From: Macrostomum hystrix
Lineage: Eukaryota > Animalia > Platyhelminthes
DNA length: 64,000 bases
Direction: 5' to 3'
Assembly: GCA_950097015.1 (NCBI GenBank)
Contig: CATNEN010000038.1
Span: 7,750,001-7,814,000, forward strand
Part shown: positions 51,101 through 61,655 of the stretch, piece after piece
Layout: each line of letters opens with the position of its first letter
Numbering within the stretch: the first letter of the stretch is position 1
Program-made: the position numbers and the translations under genes
Notes under the pieces: model-generated
The model's input: only the letters and a program-made list of their open reading frames with translations
What the model was told of the DNA's origin: nothing
The model's database searches: none

Positions 51101-52734
51101 TTACGGTTGCAAAATCTGCGAAGCAACTCTAACGCCAAAAAATGCACTCACTTGTGAAGCGTCCACGCCGAGGAGCACGGCACTCGCTGTGCCTCCATTA
51201 GCTGAAAGTATTGGAGGGGGGATTGAACTGTACTTAAGAGCCTAAGACGCAACGGATTTTCGTAGGAATAAAAACAAATGATATCATGTGACAGCAGAAA
51301 TAACAGTAGACTTTGCAGAAAAGAAGTGTGACAGACAAGAGGATGGGGTGTAGGGTGACAGACAAGAGGATGGGGTGTAGAGTGACAGACAAGAGGATGG
51401 GGTGTAGAGTGACAGACCAGAGGATCTGGTGTAGAGTGACAGAGCAGAGGATCTGTAGGAGTGAAAAAGCAGAGGATCTGTCGGAGTGACAGAGCAGAGG
51501 ATCTGTAGGAGTGACAAAGCAGAGGATCTGTCGGAGTGACAAAGCAGAGGATCTGTTGGAGTGACTTACCGCTGGCTGAAAGTGGCCCAGCTGGCCCGTC
51601 TCGCAATTGAAGCCGAGCGCCCAGCCGCCAGTTCCAGGCGCCGCTGTGGAGTTTGGAGCAGCCACCAAGGCGATGCGATCGCCAGCGCTGTAAGCCAGCC
51701 GATCGAAGCCGTCAAATGCCACAGAGTCAGCAGGCAGGCACTCGTCGCGCATCTGGTAGACCGCGTGCGTCTCTCCTGTGAGGTCGTTGCGCTGGCGGAC
51801 ATCGCGCGAGTAGAGCCGCAGCTGCCAGACGGTGTCCGCCGGTGTGCCAGCCGCAACTCGTCGGGTTTCCGAATCGACAGCAAAGTAGCGCACCGCTTCC
51901 TGCTCGATTAGCGGCAGCTGTGCCTGCGGTGCCAGGGCATTAAAATTGGGTGCAAGCAGCTTTTTAGCAGATAGCAGGTGTCTGGTGGGTTAGGTTCCGA
52001 GTGTCTGGTGGGTTAGGTTCCGAGTGTCTGGTGGGTTAGGTTCCGAGTGTCTGGTGGGTTAGGTTCCGAGTGTCTGGAGGGTAATAGGTTCCGAGTTTCT
52101 GGTTGGTAATAGGTTCCGAGTTTCTGGTTGGTAATGGTTCCGAGTTTCTGGTTGGTAATGGTTCCGAGTGTCTGGTGGGTCTGAGTGGTATTGAAGCGTC
52201 AACACCTGGCTCACCTGCATGAAGCCCTCTGCCAGGGCAGCACGATAAGGCGGTCGCGCTGGCACCGCGGGCACATGAACATCAGCCAGCATTTTGACAA
52301 ATGTGGCCGCCAGTTCCATGAGCATAGTCTCAACGGAGCGTTCGCACAGCTGCAGGCAGAGCCTCGGCGACGCGGAGCCAAGGTCCACTTGCGGCATGAT
52401 CAACTGGAAGTCGCCAGCCGGGCATCGGTCCGCGAAGCTGCGGCTGACATAGTTAAAAGCGCGATAAATATCTAGTAGGCGGTCGGCGTGCGCCTCAAAC
52501 GGCAGCACAAGACCCACGTGAGGCATGCAGTCCATTGCCGGGCACCAGCCGCGGCAGCAGCGGTAGCCAGTCCAGAATTCTTCGAAGCGGGACTCGAGCT
52601 CGTTGGCCGGGCACAGCAGCATGTAGTAGACACGTGGATTGCCACTGGTCAGGCTGGGGTCCTCAGCATGGTTCACGAGCCAGTGGGCTGCTAGGCGGTC
52701 ATCAATTAGTGCTGTGGCCACCAGAGCATCCAAC
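37229..52734 (-). CDS. UBASH3/Sts-like protein (UBA remnant, 2H-like domain, SH3, histidine phosphatase); ecdysteroid-phosphate phosphatase-like
   Basis: Phase-compatible exons 52734-52215, 51923-51570, 51201-51152, 46852-46651, 38526-38035, 37746-37575, 37464-37229. Motifs: AAHWLVNHAEDPSL (UBA end), WQLRLYSRD, GWALGFNCETGQLGHF (SH3), MRHAERLD, DTPLT, YSSPALRCVQTA, NILIVGH. The first coding exon is uncertain; a candidate is 53950-53823. Confidence 0.85.
38555..39159. repeat. 32-bp minisatellite, left part
   Basis: GGACTGTCCGAGATTCTATTCACCCTGAAGCT with 35-bp variants. Confidence 0.95.
39303..40889 (+). CDS. Retrotransposon ORF1 (basic/low-complexity, central region resembling LOA-type ORF1; no CCHC knuckle seen)
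   Basis: First ATG in context GCCATGG at 39303. The stop TGA at 40887-40889 overlaps the ORF2 ATG. Confidence 0.8.
   Translation: MASPISSFETELNSAAPDAATGRSHVLGAAGGTENPATEIVDQDKRNPSRKRSEEARVRRNQKRNERRRNAAAAATGGRPTPAHEAGAKDAAGPPGSAAPPTAAPASTISKAGTDADGKSVEGAAGPSGAAAPTAITATTTHKAGTSNASKAKETYASKAKREPVQPAIIVVGEEQDLSNEQLKSMLRTIDEGLTDLALAGTPVSVVRSEAQEGAVLLWCKSAGDSRLLRDRIKDFKWSTDVGRLRCTTESERPRTRRHRVWVPDACSIRSGDQLRQLLLKMNPDLPASGLICHETVRKEAEGFTAIYGFSEAWSKRIPHKSVIKPGLYPLTILDCQERKAGEGSENKRAAPGSGAKAPPAKRHATSADPRPGKNIRIAESGPRDRRPARNNRKSGLVLRALSEARALREHLERSRATKAQTSLPPSQPQSAGTHGAVATDWSEDPPHRKEAAIHTDPTPEGEASSDGSDCTVVGWSGRDTQRSEQQLSAAIPAVPSTAVAGAPLLMEVCSPTPSEEDELLKETPAGP
40886..44587 (+). CDS. Retrotransposon ORF2: APE endonuclease, reverse transcriptase, RNase H, C-terminal zinc knuckle
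   Basis: QVNLQH, LVQEPW, GDINAH, SDH (APE); KSPGPDGI, FRPISL, FLDIDGAFD, GCPQGGVLSPVLW, YADD (RT); YTDGS, SDSQAAL, WIPGHAGFPGNELADHLAK (RNase H); CPFC...HFVCHC. The 1233-aa frame is uninterrupted. Confidence 0.97.
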   Translation: MIGHTGITCLQVNLQHCIAASVNLMRYVELNMPGLILVQEPWTHKGKPQNVPNGYHCLYNSRHWENQTPRACILVRDSLNAWHRPDLSDRDTCVIQTENILPGKTVLIASVYLPGDRPAVPEELISLTETCAAKNYELIVAGDINAHHTHWGSSDINSRGEDLLAYILTTSLEFCNTGSTPTFDNGRWSEVIDATLATPGLYQSLREWQVLPETSLSDHKYISFQLAGARCTNQITWKRNARNTDWEAFRHNLEGTQRNLSPPANTCDEADELAEFLTNSLTTAFEASCPLKAYRGKTSAPWWNPQLGELRRTAKRLHRRATKTKNPADQAAYLEAIHSFKKEVRNAKNSKWRQYCEELEGTRPTSRIVKALTLDKMSKLSTVRKADGRPTENPGETLDTMLTAFFPSVPAGTDPPDHTEGGHILATSIITEDRVTKAAQSFKPFKSPGPDGIIPAFIREAVKCHGFLTNLCKLLKACIVLGYVPKAWTEARVVFIPKPGRPDYHSIKSFRPISLTSTMVKLMERLVLWRLLSVELKNMPLSGNQHAFRSGRSTESALHALVDALEKAVLGNGFALSIFLDIDGAFDNVLFEAFDRALRMRHTHSHLRRWIMYMVRHRTATAHLLGHQRTVTVCKGCPQGGVLSPVLWNMVIDELLRDSQPDPILKVGYADDVTAVASGPVPEALRDLLQNFINNAERWATRCGLKLSESKTAAIMFTSKNKWHIRPLQLYGKDITFQKQTKCLGITLDHRLSWTPHVHAKAKKAFAILAQLRRAVGNTWGLTPKRLWWIYTAMVRPAVSYAGLIWASALQLKTCHETLRRVQGRACRTIMSAPPSAPFDGLNAFLNILPLDIFIRGEAAKTARRLLDAGVRFVPQRAAAKRKLLPHTDLCLRDLGASNGINVLTDGEPCSLNLLQRFKVLIPTRDQVSDHWNTQEVHCYTDGSMKDGSAGFGVCILINGRVVATHAQHTGKSSSVFQNEVLAISSCAAELNEKNISGRTIIFHSDSQAALQALCHTTTTSRTVSDCVRQLNNLAGKNTVRLQWIPGHAGFPGNELADHLAKQGGASSAPGPSPPAPIPSTVIYRQINDWTANLHLTRWRSTTNCRQSKAAVPVPSARLRKVLLNQTRKDIRALTMTLTGHGCYARHCFLRGDLRSELCPFCNLEDEDALHFVCHCPFFTRERLNHLGPNPSMDDVCRSENIPRLVRFLRATRRASFFPSEEQAAGRTEHGPP
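44703..45502. repeat. 32-bp minisatellite, right part
   Basis: Same unit as 38555-39159, resuming after the retrotransposon. Confidence 0.95.
46044..46614. repeat. 31-bp minisatellite
   Basis: ACAGGTGGGAATGACAGGGGAATGTAAGCAC units. Confidence 0.93.
47058..47925. repeat. 51-bp minisatellite containing TCACGTGA
   Basis: GAATCTAGCTCCTGGATGGAGTCAAGACCTTGATCACGTGACGCATTGTGT units. Confidence 0.95.
48803..49223. repeat. 27-bp minisatellite
   Basis: CTACTGTCTCACACAATCTACTCT-type unit with perfect copies. Confidence 0.95.
49681..50680. repeat. About 20-bp G-rich minisatellite
   Basis: TGGAGGGTCTCGGTGATGGG units. Confidence 0.93.
51327..51565. repeat. About 30-bp short array
   Basis: GAGTGACA...AGAGGAT units, abutting the donor at 51569. 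Confidence 0.8.
51978..52181. repeat. About 23-bp array
   Basis: GTGTCTGGTGGGTTAGGTTCCGA units. Confidence 0.85.
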
Positions 52735-54940
52735 CTGTCAGGGCAAGATGGCAGTGTGACAGTAGACTTTAATCATAGCCAAACAAATTATCTAAGAATA
52801 TTAATGTAGCTAGGATATATCGATTCATTCAGAAATAGTACTATATGGCAGCTTTTTGTACAGTCATAAAACCAGTGCTTCACTCTTCTTTGGCACTAAA
52901 AATAATTTTTAAGGATAGCATAATCTATTGATCTCCTTAATGGGCTTAGACTTATAGCTACATTACAGTCACAAGTGAAATGTTCTCTTTGCACTATTTT
53001 AACTAGGCCTATCTTGTAAAAAAACTGTTGGAATTAAATTTAAAAACCTCTTTGGGAAAAAGTTGACAATCCACAGACACTACAGAGTGATGTGCATGCT
53101 TTTCCTACTTAACTGCTGCTTATAAAACACTCATAGGCAGTCTACAAAAGCACAGACTAACCCTATAGAAAGACATAGTCAAACACAATGCATTGTGTTC
53201 TAGGTTCTAGTTGCTTAGCTAATGCACATATTTCTTAATATTTTTAATTGTAAAGTGTATATCTTTAGGTTGTTAACATTTATTTCTATCAGGTGTATAA
53301 ATTCTGCAAAAACTAACTTTTGTCAATTAAATAAAATAACTAAATGAAACAAAAGAAATAAGGTACTCATTAAAATAATTAGATAACTACAATAATTAAA
53401 TAACAGCAATTAAATAAGTAGGGCAAAAAGTTCTATAAAAAGTGAACCAGTTGTTGCTAGTCTTCTGATTAAAAAGGCACAAATATGTGTTGTGCTCTTG
53501 TTATAGACCAGTTGTTATAGTTGTTGCATCAGCAGCTTTTAAGATATAAAATGAATACTACTTGATTTGTGAGCTAAAAACTAGCAATTTCTATCTAAGG
53601 GCTCTGTTGTCTTAGCAGATTTAAAGATATATAACAATATTTGTTATACAATTGTATATAACAAGAGATATCCCTAAAGTTAATTGAATGCATTTATAAT
53701 TTATTCATGCATTTAGCAATAAAACATTTAATGATTTTAGCATTTGAAACTATTTAGCCAACACTCAGTCCTTTCTATTTTATTAGACCACATCCAAAAA
53801 AACAAATTCCAAGCTAACTTACACTTGAGCATTGCAATCATGCCTGTCGTTTTTTAACATATGAATGTTATTGAGTCTTTTGGACAAAATGGTCAAACGA
53901 TTTTTATCCTCATTTGTGTCCGTGTTATAACATATACAAGGCAGAGTCATCGTAGTGTCAGACTTAAGATCGCACAAGTGTACAGATGCTTGCAATAAAA
54001 ATGGCTAAGTTACGGTAAGGGTAAAACAATAGTTTACATAGTGCGATATATCACTTTTTTCGTTGCATTTCAGGCACACATTCTATAAATCCAGGGTAAT
54101 CAGCTGTGACAGATAGTACTTATATACTGTGAATGTTTAAATAGATTTCATAGAAAATGTGCAAGAACAAACAAAATTTTTCCTCTCTTGAAAAATATGA
54201 CTTAATTATCCGAGTATATGAAAAATTAAAACAGTATTAAAATGAAAAAATATGTATGGTACTTGTTTTTAAGGCAAAAAAAACTACGATGACGTTTTAG
54301 TTATAATTTGTGTAGCCATATATTCGATTGAGGGGTGCGCAATCTACGACCAAGCCGGACCTGTAAGGCCGTTGTGAAATAAAGAGAAACGTTGTGATTA
54401 GCCATGGTCAAATTGCAAAGAATGATGAACTCCAGCCAACATTAACGAATCGAAATATATTGATTCTATTTTTTATTTACTTTACTTGCCGAACCGTTTT
54501 CAGTTGCAGTTTCCACTTTAGCCGTAAAATATCACCCTAAAGCCAATATATATATTATATCGGTGTAGGCCTACTCAATCATTTTTTCTCGTGACGATTC
54601 TAGCTATTTTGCAGAAAGCTGTGACTGACCAGTGTATTTACTCGTGTTAACAATACAAGTGTTATTGAAGTCGCAAAGTCGAACGAATTAGTTTTTGTTC
54701 AAGAACGAATAACTTACAGCGGCCAGACTTGACTTTGTGTGTATTTAATCCCGAATTCGTACGAATTCTGCCAAGAAAACTTCAGCACGGTAGAGTTTAA
54801 ACCGAAAACTAACCAGCAATGGCGAACAAAGTAACTCGAACCGCAATCGCAATAATGAATTAGTTAATGCAGCAGACAACAGTGCCTCAAATGCATTGCA
54901 TTAGCCGAAAGCAACCTAGGACAACAGATAGAGGCACCCC

Positions 54941-56514
54941 CTAAGTGGAAGCCTCCGCATATTTGAGCCAGACGTCTGGAAACTGGCGCCTCATGCGCGC
55001 AATCCGCTGGCGCAGCTGCCCGGGCGTCAGCTGGTAGGCGTTGCGCCTATCCAGAGACATGGCCTCGTAGTCTGTCGAATGCCGCTTAACAAGGCCAGCC
55101 AGCAGCAGCAGGTCCGCCTGCGGCATGTGGTGCTTCACTCGCTCGCCAACAGACGCCTTGGCCTTCAGCGCTGCAACAGTAGGCGTCTCAGAGGACGCTT
55201 CATCGGCTACTGACGACTTCTTCCGATTGCTGCGTTTGGCCATCGCCGTCACGAGGACTGCGGAATCGGCGCCTGAAGTGATTGGGGAGCATGTTTAGAC
55301 AGAACTTGGAGTGCTAATGCCTATTAATCCATAAATTAATAGAAAAAAAATCTATGAATCACATTTTTAGAAACTGAGACCAATAGAAACACTGATCCCC
55401 ATTTCAGGAAATTGCGACCCGTAGAATCGCTGATCCCCTTTAAGAAACTGCGAGCCGTAGACTCACTGATCCCCTTTGGGAAACTGTGAGCCGTAGACTC
55501 ACTGATCCCCTTTGGGAAACTGTGAGCCGTAGACTCACTGATCCCCTTTGGGAAACTGTGAGCCGTAGACTCACTGATCCCCTTTGGGAAACTGTGAGCC
55601 GTAGAATCACTGATCCCCTTTGGGAAACTGTGAGCCATAGAAAAAAATCGGGGAGCTGTTGATTTGACGGACGATATGATGCTGACAAACGAGTTCTCAC
55701 CCGAGTCGTTCATATTCTCATCTTTCTCATCATCAACAGGTCCGCTGTTGAGATCCTCTGCCGTCGGCAGGCGAGGCTTCGGCAAACCGAAGGTAACGCC
55801 AGGATCGTAGCAGAGGCCGAGACGGCAGAAATTGTTCCGGGCAGAGCTATCGCTTTGCCAGGCCGCCTAGGAGAATAAGATTTGTGGAAAATCAACGAAA
55901 CGAAGCAATTTTTCGTGAAAACATGAAGCACACTTAGTGACGGACAGGGATCGTGGAGTGACGGACAGGGAGTGGAGTGACGGACAGGGAGTGGAGTGAC
56001 GGACAGGGAGTGGAGTGACGGACAGGGAGCGGAGTGACGGACAGGGAGTGGAGTGACCGACTGGGAGTGGAGTGACGGACTGGGAGTGGAGGGAAAGACT
56101 GGGAATAGAGTGAAAGACTGGGAATGGGGTGAAAGACTGGGAATGGGGTGACGGACTGGGATGGAGTGAAAGACTGGGAGTGGAATGACGGACTGGGAGT
56201 TGAGTGACGGACAGGGAGTGGAGGGAAAGACTGGGAATGGGATGGGGTGACGGACTGGGAGTGGAGTGTAATTTGGTAATTACATCAGTGCAATTTGGTG
56301 ACATATTTTTTAGTCGCAGAGAAAAATAAAGGACCATATTTTTCAGGGGGGTTTCGTTATATTTTCTGACCTAAAAAGAACAAAAAATCTGAACTCTTAC
56401 CTGCACGTCGGGATCTGACACCAAGACCTGAGTAGACTGGGCCTGATTATTGCGCCACTGCCGCTTCCTGTTGGTGTGGTACCGGAACCGCTTCGCTCGC
56501 TTCTTCACCTTACC
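54941..56514 (-). CDS. NOP16: Nucleolar protein 16 (ribosome biogenesis); no genomic ATG found at the N-terminus
   Basis: Exons 56514-56401 (GKVKKRAKRFRYHTNRKRQWRN), 55866-55701 (AWQSDSSARNNFCRLGLCYDP) and 55272-54941 (LVKRHSTDYEAMSLDRRNAYQLTPGQLRQRI) match recalled NOP16 blocks. Phases are compatible. Confidence 0.85.
55418..55637. repeat. 42-bp minisatellite
   Basis: CCGTAGACTCACTGATCCCCTTTGGGAAACTGTGAG-type units; NOP16 intron. Confidence 0.9.
55938..56268. repeat. About 19-bp array
   Basis: GTGACGGACAGGGAGTGGA units; NOP16 intron. Confidence 0.85.
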
Positions 56515-56764
56515 CTGGAAGGAATTTAGGCGGATGTCCTGTCTATTGTAGCCTATATGTATCGAAAATGAGAAGTTAGGACACTTGTTGTAAGCTATAC
56601 TCGTCTTATCTAGTAGGGATAGCAGGATCAATGACGGAAATGGGATTACGATGAGTTGGGAGAGTAGGGTGAGTAAAAAGAATAGGTTGGGTATCGAGTA
56701 GGATGAGTAGGTAGAGAGAGAGATTCGAGAAGGGAAAATACTTTTTGTAGGTAGACGCTGCGAG

Positions 56765-57395
56765 AGTAATTTAAGCAGGAAGAGTAGTTTGAGCATTGAG
56801 TAGGGAAAGTAACTTGAGTAGGAAGAGCAATTTGAGTAAGAAGAGTAGTTTGAGTAGGATGAGTAGGGAGAGTAATTTGAGTAGGAAGAGTAGTTTGAGC
56901 ATTGAGTAGGAAGAGTAGTTTGAGCATTGAGTAGGGAGAGTAACTTGAGTAGGAAGAGTAATTTGAGTAAGAAGAGTAGTTTGAGTAGGATGAGTAGGGA
57001 GAGTAATTTGAGTAGGAAGAGTAGTTTGAGCATTGAGTAGGAAGAGTAGTTTGAGCATTGAGTAGGGAGAGTAACTTGAGTAGGAAGAGTAATTTGAGTA
57101 AGAAGAGTAGTTTGAGCATTGAGTAGGGAGAGTAACTTGAGTAGGAAGAGTAATTTGAGTAAGAAGAGTAGTTTGAGTAGGATGAGTAGGGAGAGTAATT
57201 TGAGTAGGAAGAGTAGTTTGAGTATTGAGTAGGAAGAGTAGTTTGAGCATTGAGTAGGGAGAGTAACTTGAGTAGGAAGAGTAATTTGAGTAAGAAGAGT
57301 AGTTTGAGTAGGATGAGTAGGGAGAGTAATTTGAGTAGGAAGAGTAGTTTGAGCATTGAGTAGGAATAGTACGGAGAGTAATTTGAGTAGGGAAA
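56765..57395. repeat. Composite GAGTA-rich minisatellite
   Basis: TTGAGTAGGAAGAGTAGT-type subunits in a higher-order arrangement. Confidence 0.88.
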
Positions 57396-59619
57396 GTAGA
57401 AAGATTAAGGAGAGTCTGGTGAGTAGAGAGAGCAGGTAGGCATTGAGATTTGAGCAGGTGGGGTGACATAAACCCACTCTGAATTGAAAGTCCACAAGCC
57501 ATAGAGGCAGACTGAAGGAACAAGATGATCTGTGTAGCGGCAGAATTTCGGCATTGGCAGGAGAGGCAGTCCTAGTAGGAAATGCAGGAATGTATGATGA
57601 TCAATGCTAATTATTAGTGGGTGGCAAGTCGGCTGCTGTCACATGGTGGGGTTGAGGGGGCGGGCTTTTGAACCCAGAGGCTAAAGTTCGTCTAGGAGAT
57701 AGAAGTGAAATAAAAAACAGCAGCGAACTTATAGCGATCTAGCAGCAATGGCGCACTCCATAGTCCTTACAGAAAATAGCGATAAGCGATCGATAAAAGT
57801 GTACTTTTCAAACAAAAAAACCGTTGATGTTTTCTCAAAAAATCGACACACAAATAAAGGGCAGGGGTAGCTTGGTGTATAAGGTAGAAGCAAGGTCTGC
57901 AAAAAAGATGCGCAAATATTTACACCACAGAAATCAAATTACAAAAAAACCTGACAGAGCTTGACCAGAGGTAAAGACAAAGACTGTACGGATCTTTGGG
58001 GGGACAGACTAAATGAATTTTCGGGGATGAAGACTACATGGATTGGTCCGGACAAATATTATATGGACTTGTCGGGGACAAAGACTACATGGATTGGTTT
58101 TAGACAAGGAAGGACCGTATGGATTGGTTGGTACAAAGACTACACGGATCGGTGGGAGAAAAAGACTTCGTCAGATTATTTGGATTATTTGCGGACAAAG
58201 ACTACGAAGCTTTTTATTAGACATTTGTGATGTGTTCGCTTCTGAACGGCAAGAATGTTCTGAACGCAAAAGTTGTTGTTAAGCCGTTTCGCTAAAAATA
58301 AGGTATTAATATTTACCAACTTTCTGTTAAACCAGATGTGACAGCTCTGAGCTGCTACTATACATTCGTTTAGTCGAAATAGTGCAAGTGCAGCACAACA
58401 GTCAGTAGCCGCAGTTTTAAAGGGCACACAAACGAGCTACATAAGGAATCTGAATAAATTTAAAAAAAAATGAATAAATAAGCAATAAATTTACAATTAT
58501 TGAATGTATAATTGAATCATATGTATATACTCGTAACTAAAGCGATGCTAGAACAGTCATGATATTAAGCAGACAACAAAACAGTTCCAATAAATAACTG
58601 ATAAGCTAAAGGAAAAAACTATGTACAACAAATTACTACATAAACTCATTAGAATCAGTCTCAGACAAAGGAAAATAAATTATGAGTGAGTTGACAGAAA
58701 TATGTCGCTAAATTCGACAATGAAGCACATATGATGGCAAATATTTCAAGCTCAGTCAACTTTTCAAGCTCAGTCAACTTTTCAACTTTTCAGTAATGAG
58801 ATCTGGCCCCATACTGCAAGGTCAATATTGAAATAAAAACAATTGTCATTTTTGGGATTTTTTTCGGGGAAATGGATCCTCCCCTTGGCCTTGGCCCCCC
58901 CCCCACTTTTTTAATCATTCCTACGCCTATGTAATCAGGAGAAAACCAAGACCAATAATAAATACATGTAACAGCATATGATAAGCAAATAGAGCGATAA
59001 TATTTATCTCGTAACTTGTACTTCTGCCACATTAAAAACTGTACGAAGGGAGAGACAGACAGACCCATTTGTAACTTAGCAAGCACATTGTGCCGCGAAT
59101 CAATATTGTGACACAAGCGCTTGCGCATGTTTGCTGTGCCAACTTAGCTGGAAAAAAATTAGCTACGGAGCTTGAGAGCCAAAGCACAAATAAATAGATA
59201 CTCATATTTAAAAGCACTATTGACTTGCACTAAAGTTGGAGCCGAACTGAATAACAGGCAGGCTAAAAATAGCTACATCAACTGAGAATAATATTTTGAC
59301 TGCCCGGCAAGGCGTAGTGTACTTACACTACACAGAGAAAAAGAAAAGGTGAAAGGCGAATTATCGGAATCAAATCGGAATGGGAGAGACTGTGAATGCT
59401 CAGAGCAATGCCCCTCTGAATCGCTTTCTCTTCCTCGGGAAGCTAAAGTTCGCCGAATCGGCATTTTAACACGAGGCGAAGTCCAAAATGATCTATGGAA
59501 TTTTGATAGAAAATAGATAATATATCCTTTTTGCACTTAGGGGTCATTAAACTTAAATAAGGTAAATTATATAATAAACTATCCTAATTGGCATAAAAGA
59601 CATGAGACCGGGAAATATA

Positions 59620-59910
59620 AGACAAGGGAGTGATAAGACAGGGGAGAGATGAGACAGGATAGATAAGACAGGGGAGAGATAAGACAGGAGAGATGAGACA
59701 GAGGAGAGATTAGAGAGGGGAGAGATAAGACATGGGAGAGATGAGACAGGATAGATGAGACAGAGGAGAGATTAGACAGAGGAGAGATGAGACAGGAGAG
59801 ATAAGACAGAGGAGAGATGAGACAGAGGAGAGATGAGACAGGAGAGATGAGACAGAGGAGAGATGAGACAGGGGTGAGATGAGAGAGGGGAGAGATAAGA
59901 CAGGGGAGAA
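59620..59910. repeat. GA-rich degenerate array
   Basis: GAGACAGAGGAGAGAT units. Confidence 0.8.
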
Positions 59911-59944
59911 AGAAACATAGAAAGAAGCACGTGATCTATAGTGC

Positions 59945-60212
59945 TCATCGTCAATAGTGGGGCTTAGAACATGAACTAAGGCACGGCTGTGATCAAAGGG
60001 GGTCAGAACTTAGCAGTCTTCTGTTGGCTACTTTAGCAGAAAGAAATAACAGCTGGCAGGGAGCGGAATGAGGAAGGCAGAGAGCCGTGCCCGACCACTT
60101 TCTTACCCCCCCGACTAGGCGTTGCCTTGCCAACCCTACAGATTTCCCTGTGCCGAGCACGGCTCGTACGGCACGGCATTAAGTACGTACTTACTGTACT
60201 TACTGTATACAG
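59945..60212 (+). mobile_element. Possible SINE/LINE 3'-end remnant
   Basis: GC-rich segment ending in a stem (GTGCCG...CGGCAC) and a short TACTTACTG tail. No TSD or second copy was found. Confidence 0.3.
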
Positions 60213-60685
60213 TAAGCGGTAAGTAGTTTTTAGAGCGTAATACATTTCGTATTATAAACTACAAGCGCTATTTCTCCAGCGAGCAGGTGACTGCAATCAA
60301 CGTGGCTGCTCTGCGCAGTTATCGGTATCCGCTTTTCATAGGTAACTTATCGTTTTTCTAGTTTTGCTCGTAAACACCGTCTATTTTTAATAAACCTCGT
60401 GTTAATCACGGCCTAAGCTATGCCGTAGTGCAATATCCAGTCATCAAAGCAAAAATGAAATATAACTAATTAGCCTCGCAGGCCAGGTAAGCAAGCTAGA
60501 CAAGCGCTAGCACTAAGAAAAAACTGATTGATCCACCCAAAAATTATAACTGCGGCACCTGCTAGCGTTTGAGGCACCTGCTTGCGTCTCAGCTGCTTCC
60601 AGCCCTGATGAAGCCAATTTGTTGTCGAGGGACGGTCGTAGGGCGTCCCGTAAGATTGGCGAAGCTTGGATCGAGACAGGTTTCA

Positions 60686-61280
60686 TGACCTGACCAAATC
60701 ACTCCTGAACTGACCTGACCAGATCACACCTGACATGACCTGACCAAATCACACCTGACATGACCTGACCAGATCACACCTGACATGACCTGACCAAATC
60801 ACTCCTGAACTGACCTGACCAGATCACACCTGACATGACCTGACCAAATCACTCCTGAACTGACCTGACCAGATTACACCTGACATGACCTGACCAAATC
60901 ACACCTGACATGACCTGACCAAATCACACCTGACATGACCAGACCAAATCACTCCTGACCTGACCAGATCACTCCTGACCTGACCAGATCACTCCTGACA
61001 TGACCTGACCAAATCACACCTGACATGACCTGACCAAATCACACCTGACATGACCTGACCAAATCACACCTGACATGACCTGACCAAATCACACCTGACA
61101 TGACCTGACCAAATCACACCTGACATGACCAGACCAAATCACTCCTGACCTGACCAGATCACTCCTGACCTGACCAGATCACTCCTGACCTGACCAGATC
61201 ACTCCTGACATGACCAGATCACTCCTGACATGACCAGATCACTCCTGACCTGACCAGATCACTCCTGACATGACCTGACC
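60686..61280. repeat. 20-25-bp minisatellite
   Basis: TGACCTGACCAAATCACACCTGACA units. Confidence 0.92.
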
Positions 61281-61655
61281 CACCCCTCTGATAGTGAAGA
61301 CGGTAATGATAAGTAAATTAGAGAGGTACACAGAGTAGCAGAACGAACAGATAAATAAACAATGAAACAGCCGAGACGAATGAATAATTCGGAACTTTAC
61401 CCGCTAGCGATTTCTGAGAACTGCAAAGCAGCCGCAGCAATTCCCATGCGAAGCACTGATGCATGCCAGCAGTGGCAGCAACAGCTGGGACTCAGCAACT
61501 GGGGCGAAAAACGCAAGGAATGTCACAAAAGGTCACTAAAGGGAGGCCAGATAAGCATAAAAGAAAAGCAATTAAAATATGCAGGTTTCAAACTGTCGAT
61601 GACTGCACTCATTCATTCATGACTGGCAATGTGAGAGCAGGTGAAGCTGGCCAAG

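Noticed and set aside
58860-58932. MITE-like terminus (CCCCCCCC...CCTACGCCTATG)
   Set aside because: No partner inverted end or TSD was found nearby.
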